This document shows, piece by piece, positions 9,454-16,592 of a stretch of DNA of 16,592 nt. The position numbers and the translations under genes were made by a program. Source of the DNA: a virus (Duplodnaviria; Heunggongvirae; Uroviricota; Caudoviricetes); the IMG/VR virus record IMGVR_UViG_2872169409_000009. The stretch is one strand, 5' to 3'. The stretch's first letter is position 1, and every line of letters starts with the position of its first letter. The notes beneath the pieces were generated by a model. It did no database searches. It worked only from the letters and a program-made list of their open reading frames with translations, and was not told the origin of the DNA.

Positions 9454-10272
9454 TTAAGCAGCCATCTGATGATATTTTTCCCTGAAGGCTGCCGGGGAGA
9501 TATTCCCCAGACGAGAGTGACGACGCTGACGATTGTAGAAAATCTCAATGTATTCCCGTATTACTGAGATGGCTTCATCCCGGTTATTAAAACGATAGTG
9601 GCTCAGGCTCTCATTTTTCAGCGTTCCCCAGAAGCTTTCCATCGGAGCGTTGTCGTAACAGTTACCTTTACGCGACATTGATGTTTTCAGACCAGACTGC
9701 TCCTGTATGACCCGGTAATCGTATGCGCAGTACTGTGAACCTCGATCAGAGTGGTGGATTAGCCCGGCAGGTGGGCGCTGGCTCCTGAGCGCCATAAACA
9801 GGGCTTTACCTGTCAGCTCTTTTGTCATGCGCTCTCCCATGGCGTAGCCGACAATTTCACACGTATAAACATCTTTGATGCCAGCGAGGTACAACCATCC
9901 CTCCTGTGTGGCAACATACGTCAGGTCCGCCACCCAGACCTGATTTGGTGCTGTAGGAGCGAACGTCTGGTTCAGCAGATTTGGCGCAACTGGCAGATTG
10001 TGGTTCGGGTTCGTAGTCGCTCTGAACTTGCGTTTCTGCTTACAGCGTAGCCTTAGCTCCTTACGAAGACGTGCCAGTCGGTCACGACCAACGATGATGC
10101 CATTCTCTGCCAGCTCCGTCTGGAGCCGCCGGGTTCCATATGTTTCGCGAGTGCGGATATGTGCCACCTTAATCTCCAGTTTTAGCCGCTCATCACTTTG
10201 TTTTCTGTCTGAGGGTTCATGCTGTACCCAGTTGTAATAACCGCTCCTGGATACACCAAATACCTGACACAT
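9454..10272 (-). CDS. IS600 OrfB transposase (copy 1; -1 frame relative to OrfA)
   Basis: 272-aa DDE transposase (..HHSDRGSQYCA.., ..RKGNCYDNAPMESFWGTLKNE..) matching my recollection of IS600 OrfB. Confidence 0.85.
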   Translation of the reverse strand: MCQVFGVSRSGYYNWVQHEPSDRKQSDERLKLEIKVAHIRTRETYGTRRLQTELAENGIIVGRDRLARLRKELRLRCKQKRKFRATTNPNHNLPVAPNLLNQTFAPTAPNQVWVADLTYVATQEGWLYLAGIKDVYTCEIVGYAMGERMTKELTGKALFMALRSQRPPAGLIHHSDRGSQYCAYDYRVIQEQSGLKTSMSRKGNCYDNAPMESFWGTLKNESLSHYRFNNRDEAISVIREYIEIFYNRQRRHSRLGNISPAAFREKYHQMAA

Positions 10273-10307
10273 CGCTTCAATAGGAAATTGTTGTCGCCAT
10301 TGTTCGA

Positions 10308-10610
10308 TTAACGCGTATTTTTCAGCGACTCCTGTGCAAAATACGCTGTTGCTTTTTTTAATATATCTCGCTCAAGGCGAGCTTCATTTAACGCCTTACG
10401 CAGTTGCAGAATTTCAGATTCCAGTTCAGCCAGCGTGCGGGAACCAGGAGTACCGAGCCCTTTTCTGGCGGCGGTAACCCATTGTCCTAAAGTGCCTTCA
10501 GGAAGAGATAATCGGGAAGCGCCTTCACTGATCGAAAGTTGATTTTCAAGAACCGTTCTGACAGCTTCGGCTTTGAACTCTTTAGAGTAACGTTGGGTTT
10601 TTCTGCTCAT
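10308..10610 (-). CDS. IS600 OrfA (copy 1)
   Basis: MSRKTQRYSKEFKAEAVRTVLENQLSISEGASRLSLPEGTLGQWV... is an IS3-family OrfA; it ends just after an A7G slippery run (minus strand, about 10353..10360). Confidence 0.85.
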   Translation of the reverse strand: MSRKTQRYSKEFKAEAVRTVLENQLSISEGASRLSLPEGTLGQWVTAARKGLGTPGSRTLAELESEILQLRKALNEARLERDILKKATAYFAQESLKNTR

Positions 10611-10674
10611 TATTAGCTCCTTCTGATGCCATTCTATTTCAGGAAGGAGTGTCCGTTAAACTCAGGCTACCTCA

Positions 10675-11118
10675 GACCTCAAAACATTACTGAAAGCCCT
10701 GCTGGCTAAGCTGGAAAGAAATGCCACGGGCGATAACGATAATAAGCCTGACGATAATCCGACCGGTGACGGCGAGGACGATGAAGAGGAAACCACGATT
10801 ACTGGTGACTCAGCCTGGCGTGCCGAAGTTATCGTTCCGGGTATCGATCTGAGCCGTAAGATGAAACCGACCGCGTTCAAACGCGAGGTTCTGGCTTCTG
10901 CTGACAAAACGCTGGTTCGCCAGATAGTCGGTGATGCGGATATCCGCAAATTACCGAAACAATCGGTCGACATGGCGTTTAATGCCGTGTCTGAGGTTGC
11001 CAAAGGGCGAAACACCCGCGCCACCACCGGCGATGCACAGCGCCTAAACATGGGCATGACCAGTATCGCTTCCCTGAACAAACAAAACGCTGAATTCTGG
11101 GCAAACCGTAAAGGGTAA
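10675..11118 (+). pseudogene. 3' part of the IS600-interrupted scaffold/protease-like head gene
   Basis: Same reading frame as 8631..9410 once the IS and one GAC copy are removed: ..LKTLLKALLAKLERNATGDNDNKPDDNPTGDGEDDEEE..MKPTAFKREVLASADK..AEFWANRKG*. Confidence 0.6.
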
Positions 11119-11121
11119 AAA

Positions 11122-11611
11122 ATGAATAATGTATTTCTGTACCGGATGCCTGTTGGCATTGCCGGGGCTGTCTCTCGCCCGCAGGACTTAACCGTCGAAC
11201 CGGTGGTCCTTAAATCCGATAACGCCTTCGCTGCCTATGGCCTGGCTGGTAAATACGATGATGACGGTTTTTTCGTGCCGCTGGCAGATGGTGATACCGC
11301 AGACAAGGTGAAGGGGATCTACGTGCGCCCTTATCCGACCACGTCGCAGCCGGACATGGTTCGCCAGGTGGGAACAGGCAAGAACTTCCCGGGCGACGCC
11401 ATGAAGCGTGGCTACGTGACCGTTAATCTCGGTTCTGATTTTGATGCCAGCACTATCAAAAAAGGCGATCTCCACTGATGAATCCATCAAAGTGCCTCTG
11501 GGTGGATTCATGTCCACGTCAGTCAGTGGCAAAAACGTGGTGCTGACCAACGCTGAATTCACAGGTGCCGGTGATGCTGACGGCAATGCAGAAATTTCCT
11601 GGAAGATTTAA
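11122..11611 (+). pseudogene. Small phage head protein (possible decoration or head-stabilisation protein) with an apparent frameshift in an A6 tract
   Basis: ORF 11122..11478 (118 aa) stops at TGA, but the next frame continues with clearly protein-like sequence (..ESIKVPLGGFMSTSVSGKNVVLTNAEFTGAGDADGNAEISWKI*) up to 11611. The frame change maps to the A6 run at 11458..11463. Confidence 0.45.
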
Positions 11612-11622
11612 GGAACAGACGA

Positions 11623-12564
11623 ATGATTACTTTTGATCAGGCAACCGTTGACAGCTCTGGTGCCTTTCTCATCGGGGAGCTGGAGAGACTCGACCAGACG
11701 CTGAACCTGCCACTGGTGGGGTACACCTGGAGCCGCGATATTCAACTGCGTGAAGACGCCTCCATCGCAGATGACATTTCCAGCTGGACGAATACCAGCT
11801 TCGCCGCTGCGGGTACTGGCGCAAATCCGAATGGAAAAAACTGGGTAGGCAAAGACTCAACCGCTATTGCTGGCGTGAACGTGGATATCGGCAAATCCGG
11901 TAACCCGCTGAACCTGTGGGGGATGGAACTTGGCTGGACGGTCATAGAATTGCAGGCTGCTCAGCAGGTCGGCCGCCCGATTGATACGCAGAAGTATGAC
12001 GGTATGCAACTGAAATGGCAGATGGATAACGATGAACAGGTATATGTTGGCGATTCCGCATTAAACCTGAAAGGCCTTGTTACCCTGGACGGCGTGCCTG
12101 TCAACAACGCTGCCAAAACGTGGGCAACCTCAACACCGGACGAAATCCGCGCAAGCATTAACCAGGTGCTGTCTGATGCGTGGGCCGCTTCTGGTTACTC
12201 TGTGGTTCCGCGTGATTTGCTGATCCCGCCTGAGCAGTTTGCTCTGTTGTCCAGCATCATCGTTTCATCTGCAGGTAACCAGTCCCTGTTGACGAACCTT
12301 CAGACCAACACCATCAGCTATCACCAGAACGGTGTTCCGCTGAATATCCGCGCGGTTAAATGGCTGAAAGGCCGTGGTGTGGGGAATAAGGATCGCATGG
12401 TTGCGTACACCAACGATAAAAAATACGTCCGCTACCCGCTGGTTCCGCTTCAGAGCGTGCCGGTGCAGTATCGCGGTCTGTATCAGATCGTCACTTACTA
12501 CGGCAAGCTGGGTGCAGTCGAGCCAGTGTACAAAGAAACCATTTCGTACGTTGATGGCATTTAA
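11623..12564 (+). CDS. Major capsid protein
   Basis: 313-aa ORF with a strong RBS (AAGGA), located after the scaffold and decoration-like genes, and followed by a GC-rich hairpin. Its composition and size fit a major capsid protein; I recall it as DUF2184-type but cannot verify that here. Confidence 0.7.
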   Translation: MITFDQATVDSSGAFLIGELERLDQTLNLPLVGYTWSRDIQLREDASIADDISSWTNTSFAAAGTGANPNGKNWVGKDSTAIAGVNVDIGKSGNPLNLWGMELGWTVIELQAAQQVGRPIDTQKYDGMQLKWQMDNDEQVYVGDSALNLKGLVTLDGVPVNNAAKTWATSTPDEIRASINQVLSDAWAASGYSVVPRDLLIPPEQFALLSSIIVSSAGNQSLLTNLQTNTISYHQNGVPLNIRAVKWLKGRGVGNKDRMVAYTNDKKYVRYPLVPLQSVPVQYRGLYQIVTYYGKLGAVEPVYKETISYVDGI

Positions 12565-12571
12565 CAGCCAC

Positions 12572-12592
12572 ATGGCCCCCTGGCGGGGCCAT
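12572..12592 (+). other. GC-rich hairpin (8-bp stem ATGGCCCC/GGGGCCAT, 5-nt loop) directly after the capsid gene; possible transcript-stability or attenuator element, no U-tract
   Basis: A perfect inverted repeat is visible in the sequence 8 nt after the capsid stop codon. Confidence 0.35.
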
Positions 12593-12605
12593 TAAGGATG
12601 ACCCG

Positions 12606-12804
12606 ATGGCAAAAAATGATGCAGTAATACACGTACATACCCCGTTTGTGCTCACGCTTCCCGACGGTTCTCGGCGCGAGTTTGTTAAAGGCCGTCATGT
12701 TGTGGAGGAAGACGTTGCCACGCACTGGTTCACTCGTGCGCACGCGGAAGTATCCGTTGGCAAAGCCACAGACGCGCGTAACGAGGTAAAAAATGCCAAA
12801 GAAT
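12606..12804 (+). pseudogene. Phage head-completion/adaptor-like gene, 5' fragment (about 66 codons) truncated by IS600 copy 2
   Basis: ATG 12606 is preceded by AAGGATG. The ORF MAKNDAVIHVHTPFVLTLPDGSRREFVKGRHVVEEDVATHWF.. runs into the IS600 end at 12805. Function is inferred from position only. Confidence 0.45.
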
Positions 12805-12847
12805 TGAGGTGTACTGGCAATAGCGGACACTACCATTTGTTCTTTTT

Positions 12848-13666
12848 TTAAGCAGCCATCTGATGATATTTTTCCCTGAAGGCTGCCGGGGAGATATTCC
12901 CCAGACGAGAGTGACGACGCTGACGATTGTAGAAAATCTCAATGTATTCCCGTATTACTGAGATGGCTTCATCCCGGTTATTAAAACGATAGTGGCTCAG
13001 GCTCTCATTTTTCAGCGTTCCCCAGAAGCTTTCCATCGGAGCGTTGTCGTAACAGTTACCTTTACGCGACATTGATGTTTTCAGACCAGACTGCTCCTGT
13101 ATGACCCGGTAATCGTATGCGCAGTACTGTGAACCTCGATCAGAGTGGTGGATTAGCCCGGCAGGTGGGCGCTGGCTCCTGAGCGCCATAAACAGGGCTT
13201 TACCTGTCAGCTCTTTTGTCATGCGCTCTCCCATGGCGTAGCCGACAATTTCGCACGTATAAACATCTTTGATGCCAGCGAGGTACAACCATCCCTCCTG
13301 TGTGGCAACATACGTCAGGTCCGCCACCCAGACCTGATTTGGTGCTGTAGGAGCGAACGTCTGGTTCAGTAGATTTGGCGCAACTGGCAGATTGTGGTTC
13401 GGGTTCGTAGTCGCTCTGAACTTGCGTTTCTGCTTACAGCGTAGCCTCAGCTCCTTACGAAGACATGCCAGTCGGTCACGACCAACGATGATGCCATTCT
13501 CTGCCAGCTCCGTCTGGAGCCGCCGGGTTCCATATGTTTCGCGAGTGCGGATATGTGCCACCTTAATCTCCAGTTTTAGCCGTTCATCACTTTGTTTTCT
13601 GTCTGAGGGTTCATGCTGTACCCAGTTGTAATAACCGCTCCTGGATACACCAAATACCTGACACAT
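12848..13666 (-). CDS. IS600 OrfB transposase (copy 2)
   Basis: 272 aa, identical to copy 1 except R67C (..RDRLACLRKEL..). Confidence 0.85.
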   Translation of the reverse strand: MCQVFGVSRSGYYNWVQHEPSDRKQSDERLKLEIKVAHIRTRETYGTRRLQTELAENGIIVGRDRLACLRKELRLRCKQKRKFRATTNPNHNLPVAPNLLNQTFAPTAPNQVWVADLTYVATQEGWLYLAGIKDVYTCEIVGYAMGERMTKELTGKALFMALRSQRPPAGLIHHSDRGSQYCAYDYRVIQEQSGLKTSMSRKGNCYDNAPMESFWGTLKNESLSHYRFNNRDEAISVIREYIEIFYNRQRRHSRLGNISPAAFREKYHQMAA

Positions 13667-13701
13667 CGCTTCAATGGGAAATTGTTGTCGCCATTGTTCG
13701 A

Positions 13702-14004
13702 TTAACGCGTATTTTTCAGCGACTCCTGTGCAAAATACGCTGTTGCTTTTTTTAATATATCTCGCTCAAGGCGAGCTTCATTTAACGCCTTACGCAGTTG
13801 CAGAATTTCAGATTCCAGTTCAGCCAGCGTGCGGGAACCAGGAGTACCGAGCCCTTTTCTGGCGGCGGTAACCCATTGTCCTAAAGTGCCTTCAGGAAGG
13901 AATAATCGGGAAGCGTCTTCACTGATCGAAAGTTGATTTTCAAGAACCGTTCTGACAGCTTCGGCTTTGAACTCTTTAGAGTAACGTCGGGTTTTTCTGC
14001 TCAT
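13702..14004 (-). CDS. IS600 OrfA (copy 2)
   Basis: MSRKTRRYSKEFKAEAVRTVLENQLSISEDASRLFLPEG...; differs from copy 1 at three residues. Confidence 0.85.
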   Translation of the reverse strand: MSRKTRRYSKEFKAEAVRTVLENQLSISEDASRLFLPEGTLGQWVTAARKGLGTPGSRTLAELESEILQLRKALNEARLERDILKKATAYFAQESLKNTR

Positions 14005-14068
14005 TATTAGCTCCTTCTGATGCCATTCTATTTCAGGAAGGAGTGTCCGTTAAACTCAGGCTATCTCA

Positions 14069-15700
14069 ATAAACCGTGCTGTGTAACTGCTGTGGATCAA
14101 ATCTGACCACAACTTTTTTCACTCCGGCATTCATTAATGCCATGTTGTAATAAACGTTTTTCGCGCCTTTAAGGGAGCCGCCAACTTTAAGCGTAAACTC
14201 GCCTTTGCGTGAAACGTTCACCGCCTCGGCAGGCAGTAACAGCATCCGTTTTTGTTCTTCGGTTGGCTTACGCACAATCGTTCTGGCGTATTCACGCTCG
14301 AAAACATCATCAAACGAGAGTTTGCCCCCGCACATTTCTGTTTCACGGCCTGTTCTGGCATTGAACATCGCCACACCTTCGGCAAAGGTTTTCAGAAACA
14401 GCTCTGCATCAACAGCGTGGTCGCCATAGTTATCAGGTTTTGCCTGCGGATTTGGCCCCGTATATGCGCCAGCCAGTGCCGGATGCTTATCAACGTATTC
14501 CTCAAGCCCACCAACACCGAAAGCACGTTCAACAGGTTTTGCCTGGCCCCAGCCTTTACCGGCAACAACGCTTGTCCAGTGCATTTTCGCACCCATCAGT
14601 AAAAACAGTCCTTTTGGATCGTCCTCTTTTACCTTAAAGCGGTAGCGATTGGGCGCGCCTCCCGTCAGCCATTTATTCGCAGCACCACGGGTGTTATCAA
14701 TGGTGATGTGAAAATCCTCCGGGATACTGTAGCGAGTCACAACATCCATGAACGAGAGGCGAATTGAATCAATGTTCTTGCTCACATCGCAGCGCCAGCC
14801 CAGAATTTTTCGGGTTTTCACATCCTGCCAGAACCATGTTTTCGGACGGATCACATCACCGTTAAACCAGCGTACAAAGACGTTATGCAGATAACCGTCG
14901 CCGTTGATCCACTGCATGGCGTCCAGGTGTTCCACAGTTCGCTGCTGTGCCGGTATCAGATGCATCAGTGCATGTTCACCTTCACGACAGGCAACAACCA
15001 TTGCCTCGTCCAGTTGCTGAATCCGGCGAAAGGCCGTGGCACGGGAGGGAATACTCCAGCCATGCTCGCGGACTGCCAGTTCCAGACGCTCATAACATTT
15101 GCGGAAGGCGGGTTTTTCCGGTCGCAGATAATCTGCAATCAGAAACTGCCAGGCATCCTCGTCAAATTCACTTTTGTGAACATTGCGACGGGATGCTCCA
15201 CGTCCATCAACAAGTGCAGCCGCCCAGTCAGGCTTCGCAAACTTCTGTACCTGGTAATACTTGTCCCGCAAAGTGGATGCGCTGACCTGGTAATGCCCTG
15301 CAACGGTCGCAAAAGCCGTTTTCGTTGAAATCCCCTGGTTCAGCATTTCGTCTGTGGCCTGAATTGAGGGCAACCATTTTTCAGCCAGGCTGCGCTGGGA
15401 ATCGCTGGCTTTATCCCATTTGCTCCATAGTACCTCACGATCATAATCATGAGCTTCCAGCGTGGGGCGGGCGATTTCAAAACATCCCTGACTGGTTTTA
15501 AATTTTCCTTGTTGGAGCAAAACTTCAGCTCGAGCAATGTTAGGAAGAGAAGATATATGGTATTCGTAAGCAACCCCTCTAATTCCTTCTCTTCTTCTCT
15601 TGAGCCATCCTTCTCTCTGAGCTCTTTTGTGAACCCCCATTAATGAACCAGGTAAACCAGATAAACCCATGCATTCAATTGCTGATATCCACTCTCTCAT
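14069..15700 (-). pseudogene. A: Mu/D108-like transposase A, 3'-truncated after codon 544 by IS600 (C-terminal domain III missing)
   Basis: 544-aa ORF ..[109 protein letters not shown].. is near-identical to my recollection of phage Mu MuA across the core. The N-terminal ~60 residues diverge, as in D108. The ORF ends ..PQQLHSTVY and its stop codon is provided by the IS600 terminus. Confidence 0.9.
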
Positions 15701-15929
15701 TGTGATCCCTTAGATATCTACTAGGCCAAATTTCCTCAGGTTTCATGTTTAAGGCGTCAGCAATAATGCGTTCACCTTTAGGCCATGGCCTGACTAATGC
15801 ATTTGCAAGCGTCCCGGTTGAATAACCTGAACGTCTGGACAATTTTGCCAGAGGGGTTCCTGTTTTTTTGAGGGCCGCAATCACGTCGGCCCGATGCCAA
15901 TCGTTACTCATCTTTCGCACACCAACCAT
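15675..15929 (-). CDS. ner: Ner-like early transcriptional regulator (Mu/D108 Ner, Nlp family)
   Basis: ..[56 protein letters not shown].. matches the Ner/Nlp signature. Lies immediately upstream of A and overlaps the A start by 26 nt. Alternative ATG start at 15911. Confidence 0.8.
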
Positions 15930-16082
15930 ATTGCGTATGATAAAGGGTTACCAAAACAAATAATTCGTCTTGATTATCTGTTTTATACATTACCAAATAA
16001 ACAAAACTGGTTTATATCAGTTAATGTGGTTTATTTTGTAATCCATTGATTTTTATATAGATAAATCTGGTAAACTTAGTTT
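15930..16082. promoter_or_regulatory. Divergent early operator/promoter region between ner (leftward) and c (rightward) with repeated TTACCAAA / TGGTTTAT / TGGTAAAC motifs
   Basis: 153-bp AT-rich intergenic region between divergently transcribed c and ner. TTACCAAA at 15948 and 15990, TGGTTTAT at 16008 and 16027, inverse TGGTAAAC at 16068. By analogy with the Mu O1-O3 operators and the Pe/Pc promoters. Confidence 0.5.
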
Positions 16083-16592
16083 ATGAAAAGCGCAAATGAG
16101 ATAAACCAGTGGATGACACCCAAACAAATTACTGAACTGGATGGAATGCCAGGGACAATACAGGGGGTGCATAAACGAGCAAAGAAAGAAGGATGGCCGA
16201 AGCGTTCACAAGAAGGGCGTCGCGGGCCTGGGGTTGAATATATCCCGGCAATACCGGCTATGCAAAAAATTGCTATCGAAGAAATGAATGCTGATACATT
16301 GAAAATGTTCTCCCTGTTAATCAATAAACTAGGAGAAAATGAAGTCCGAGAGATAGAGCTAAACATGGCTAAATATGGGCTTTCCGGATTAATGCAAGAA
16401 CGCCCCTCCATCTCCGTTGACACCCTATTGGCAACGCTGGGTATTGATCGCCAAACACTACAAACAGCTTTGGCGCTGCATAAATTACCTCCAGAAACTC
16501 GCCAAGAGATTTTGTCAATGTATGGTGTTCATAAACAGGAAGAGCCTGTAGCTCCTTTGTTGGAACCACAAGATGCGAAAAAAGCCGTATAA
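16083..16592 (+). CDS. c: Mu/D108-like c repressor (Repc)
   Basis: 169-aa ORF whose N-terminal domain (..DGMPGTIQGVHKRAKKEGWPKRSQEGRRGPGVEY..) parallels the A N-terminal domain (..[34 protein letters not shown]..). C-terminus ..EILSMYGVHKQEEPVAPLLEPQDAKKAV resembles the Mu repressor C-terminus (..QEPQEVKKAV). Transcribed divergently from ner. Confidence 0.85.
   Translation: MKSANEINQWMTPKQITELDGMPGTIQGVHKRAKKEGWPKRSQEGRRGPGVEYIPAIPAMQKIAIEEMNADTLKMFSLLINKLGENEVREIELNMAKYGLSGLMQERPSISVDTLLATLGIDRQTLQTALALHKLPPETRQEILSMYGVHKQEEPVAPLLEPQDAKKAV

Larger units (their letters stand above)
9411..10674 (-). mobile_element. IS600 (IS3 family), copy 1, 1264 bp, simple insertion with the 3-bp target-site duplication GAC
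   Basis: Ends TGAGGTGTACTGGCAATAGCGGACACTACC (9411) and the inverted TGAGGTAGCCTGAGTTTAACGGACACTCC (ending 10674). GAC at 9408..9410 and 10675..10677. orfA and orfB on the minus strand. Confidence 0.9.
12805..14068 (-). mobile_element. IS600 (IS3 family), copy 2, 1264 bp, no target-site duplication (chimeric junction)
   Basis: Same ends as copy 1 and about 99% identical by eye, with roughly ten scattered substitutions. Flanking triplets are AAT and ATA. Left flank is a lambdoid head gene; right flank is the Mu-like A gene. Confidence 0.9.

Noticed and set aside
9354-9548. 64-aa minus-strand ORF spanning the IS600 copy 1 terminus (identical ORF at 12730..12942 for copy 2)
   Set aside because: It is a read-out of the IS600 orfB 3' region across the IS end into flanking DNA, duplicated only because the IS is duplicated; not an independent gene.
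10662-11159. 165-aa minus-strand ORF with a Ser-rich low-complexity stretch
   Set aside because: Antisense to the reconstructed scaffold-like gene (the mirror image of its acidic linker); no start signals.
14885-15328. Plus-strand ORFs 14885..15328 and 14947..15285 inside the transposase A gene
   Set aside because: Antisense to a near-perfect MuA-homologous coding sequence; His/Pro/Cys-rich spurious frames.

Overview
This window is an IS-scarred mosaic of prophage remnants of enterobacterial type (most likely Shigella or E. coli, judged from the IS content), not an intact phage. I did not find a convincing, clearly novel system; the most interesting items are a DedA/YqaA-like membrane-protein moron and a Mu/D108-like immunity module with a truncated transposase. 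All identifications rest on reading the six-frame translations against remembered protein families; no database search was run. Layout from left to right: (1) the 3' 262 codons of a lambda-like integrase on the minus strand, ending at position 1; (2) an IS911 copy (790..2038) with no target-site duplication, joining the integrase to the middle of a lambda-like Rz/Rz1 spanin gene; (3) a DedA/YqaA-like membrane-protein gene on the opposite strand; (4) a lambdoid head module on the plus strand: small terminase, large terminase (broken by an IS2 with 5-bp duplication GCAAT and by a frameshift), portal, Mu-F/SPP1-gp7-like head morphogenesis protein, a scaffold/protease-like gene split by IS600 copy 1 (3-bp duplication GAC), a small frameshifted head protein, a major capsid protein, and a 5' fragment of the next gene; (5) IS600 copy 2 (no duplication), forming a chimeric junction; (6) the left-end early region of a Mu/D108-like transposable phage: a transposase A truncated at codon 544, ner, an operator region and the c repressor. 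No tRNA, rRNA or CRISPR array was seen.
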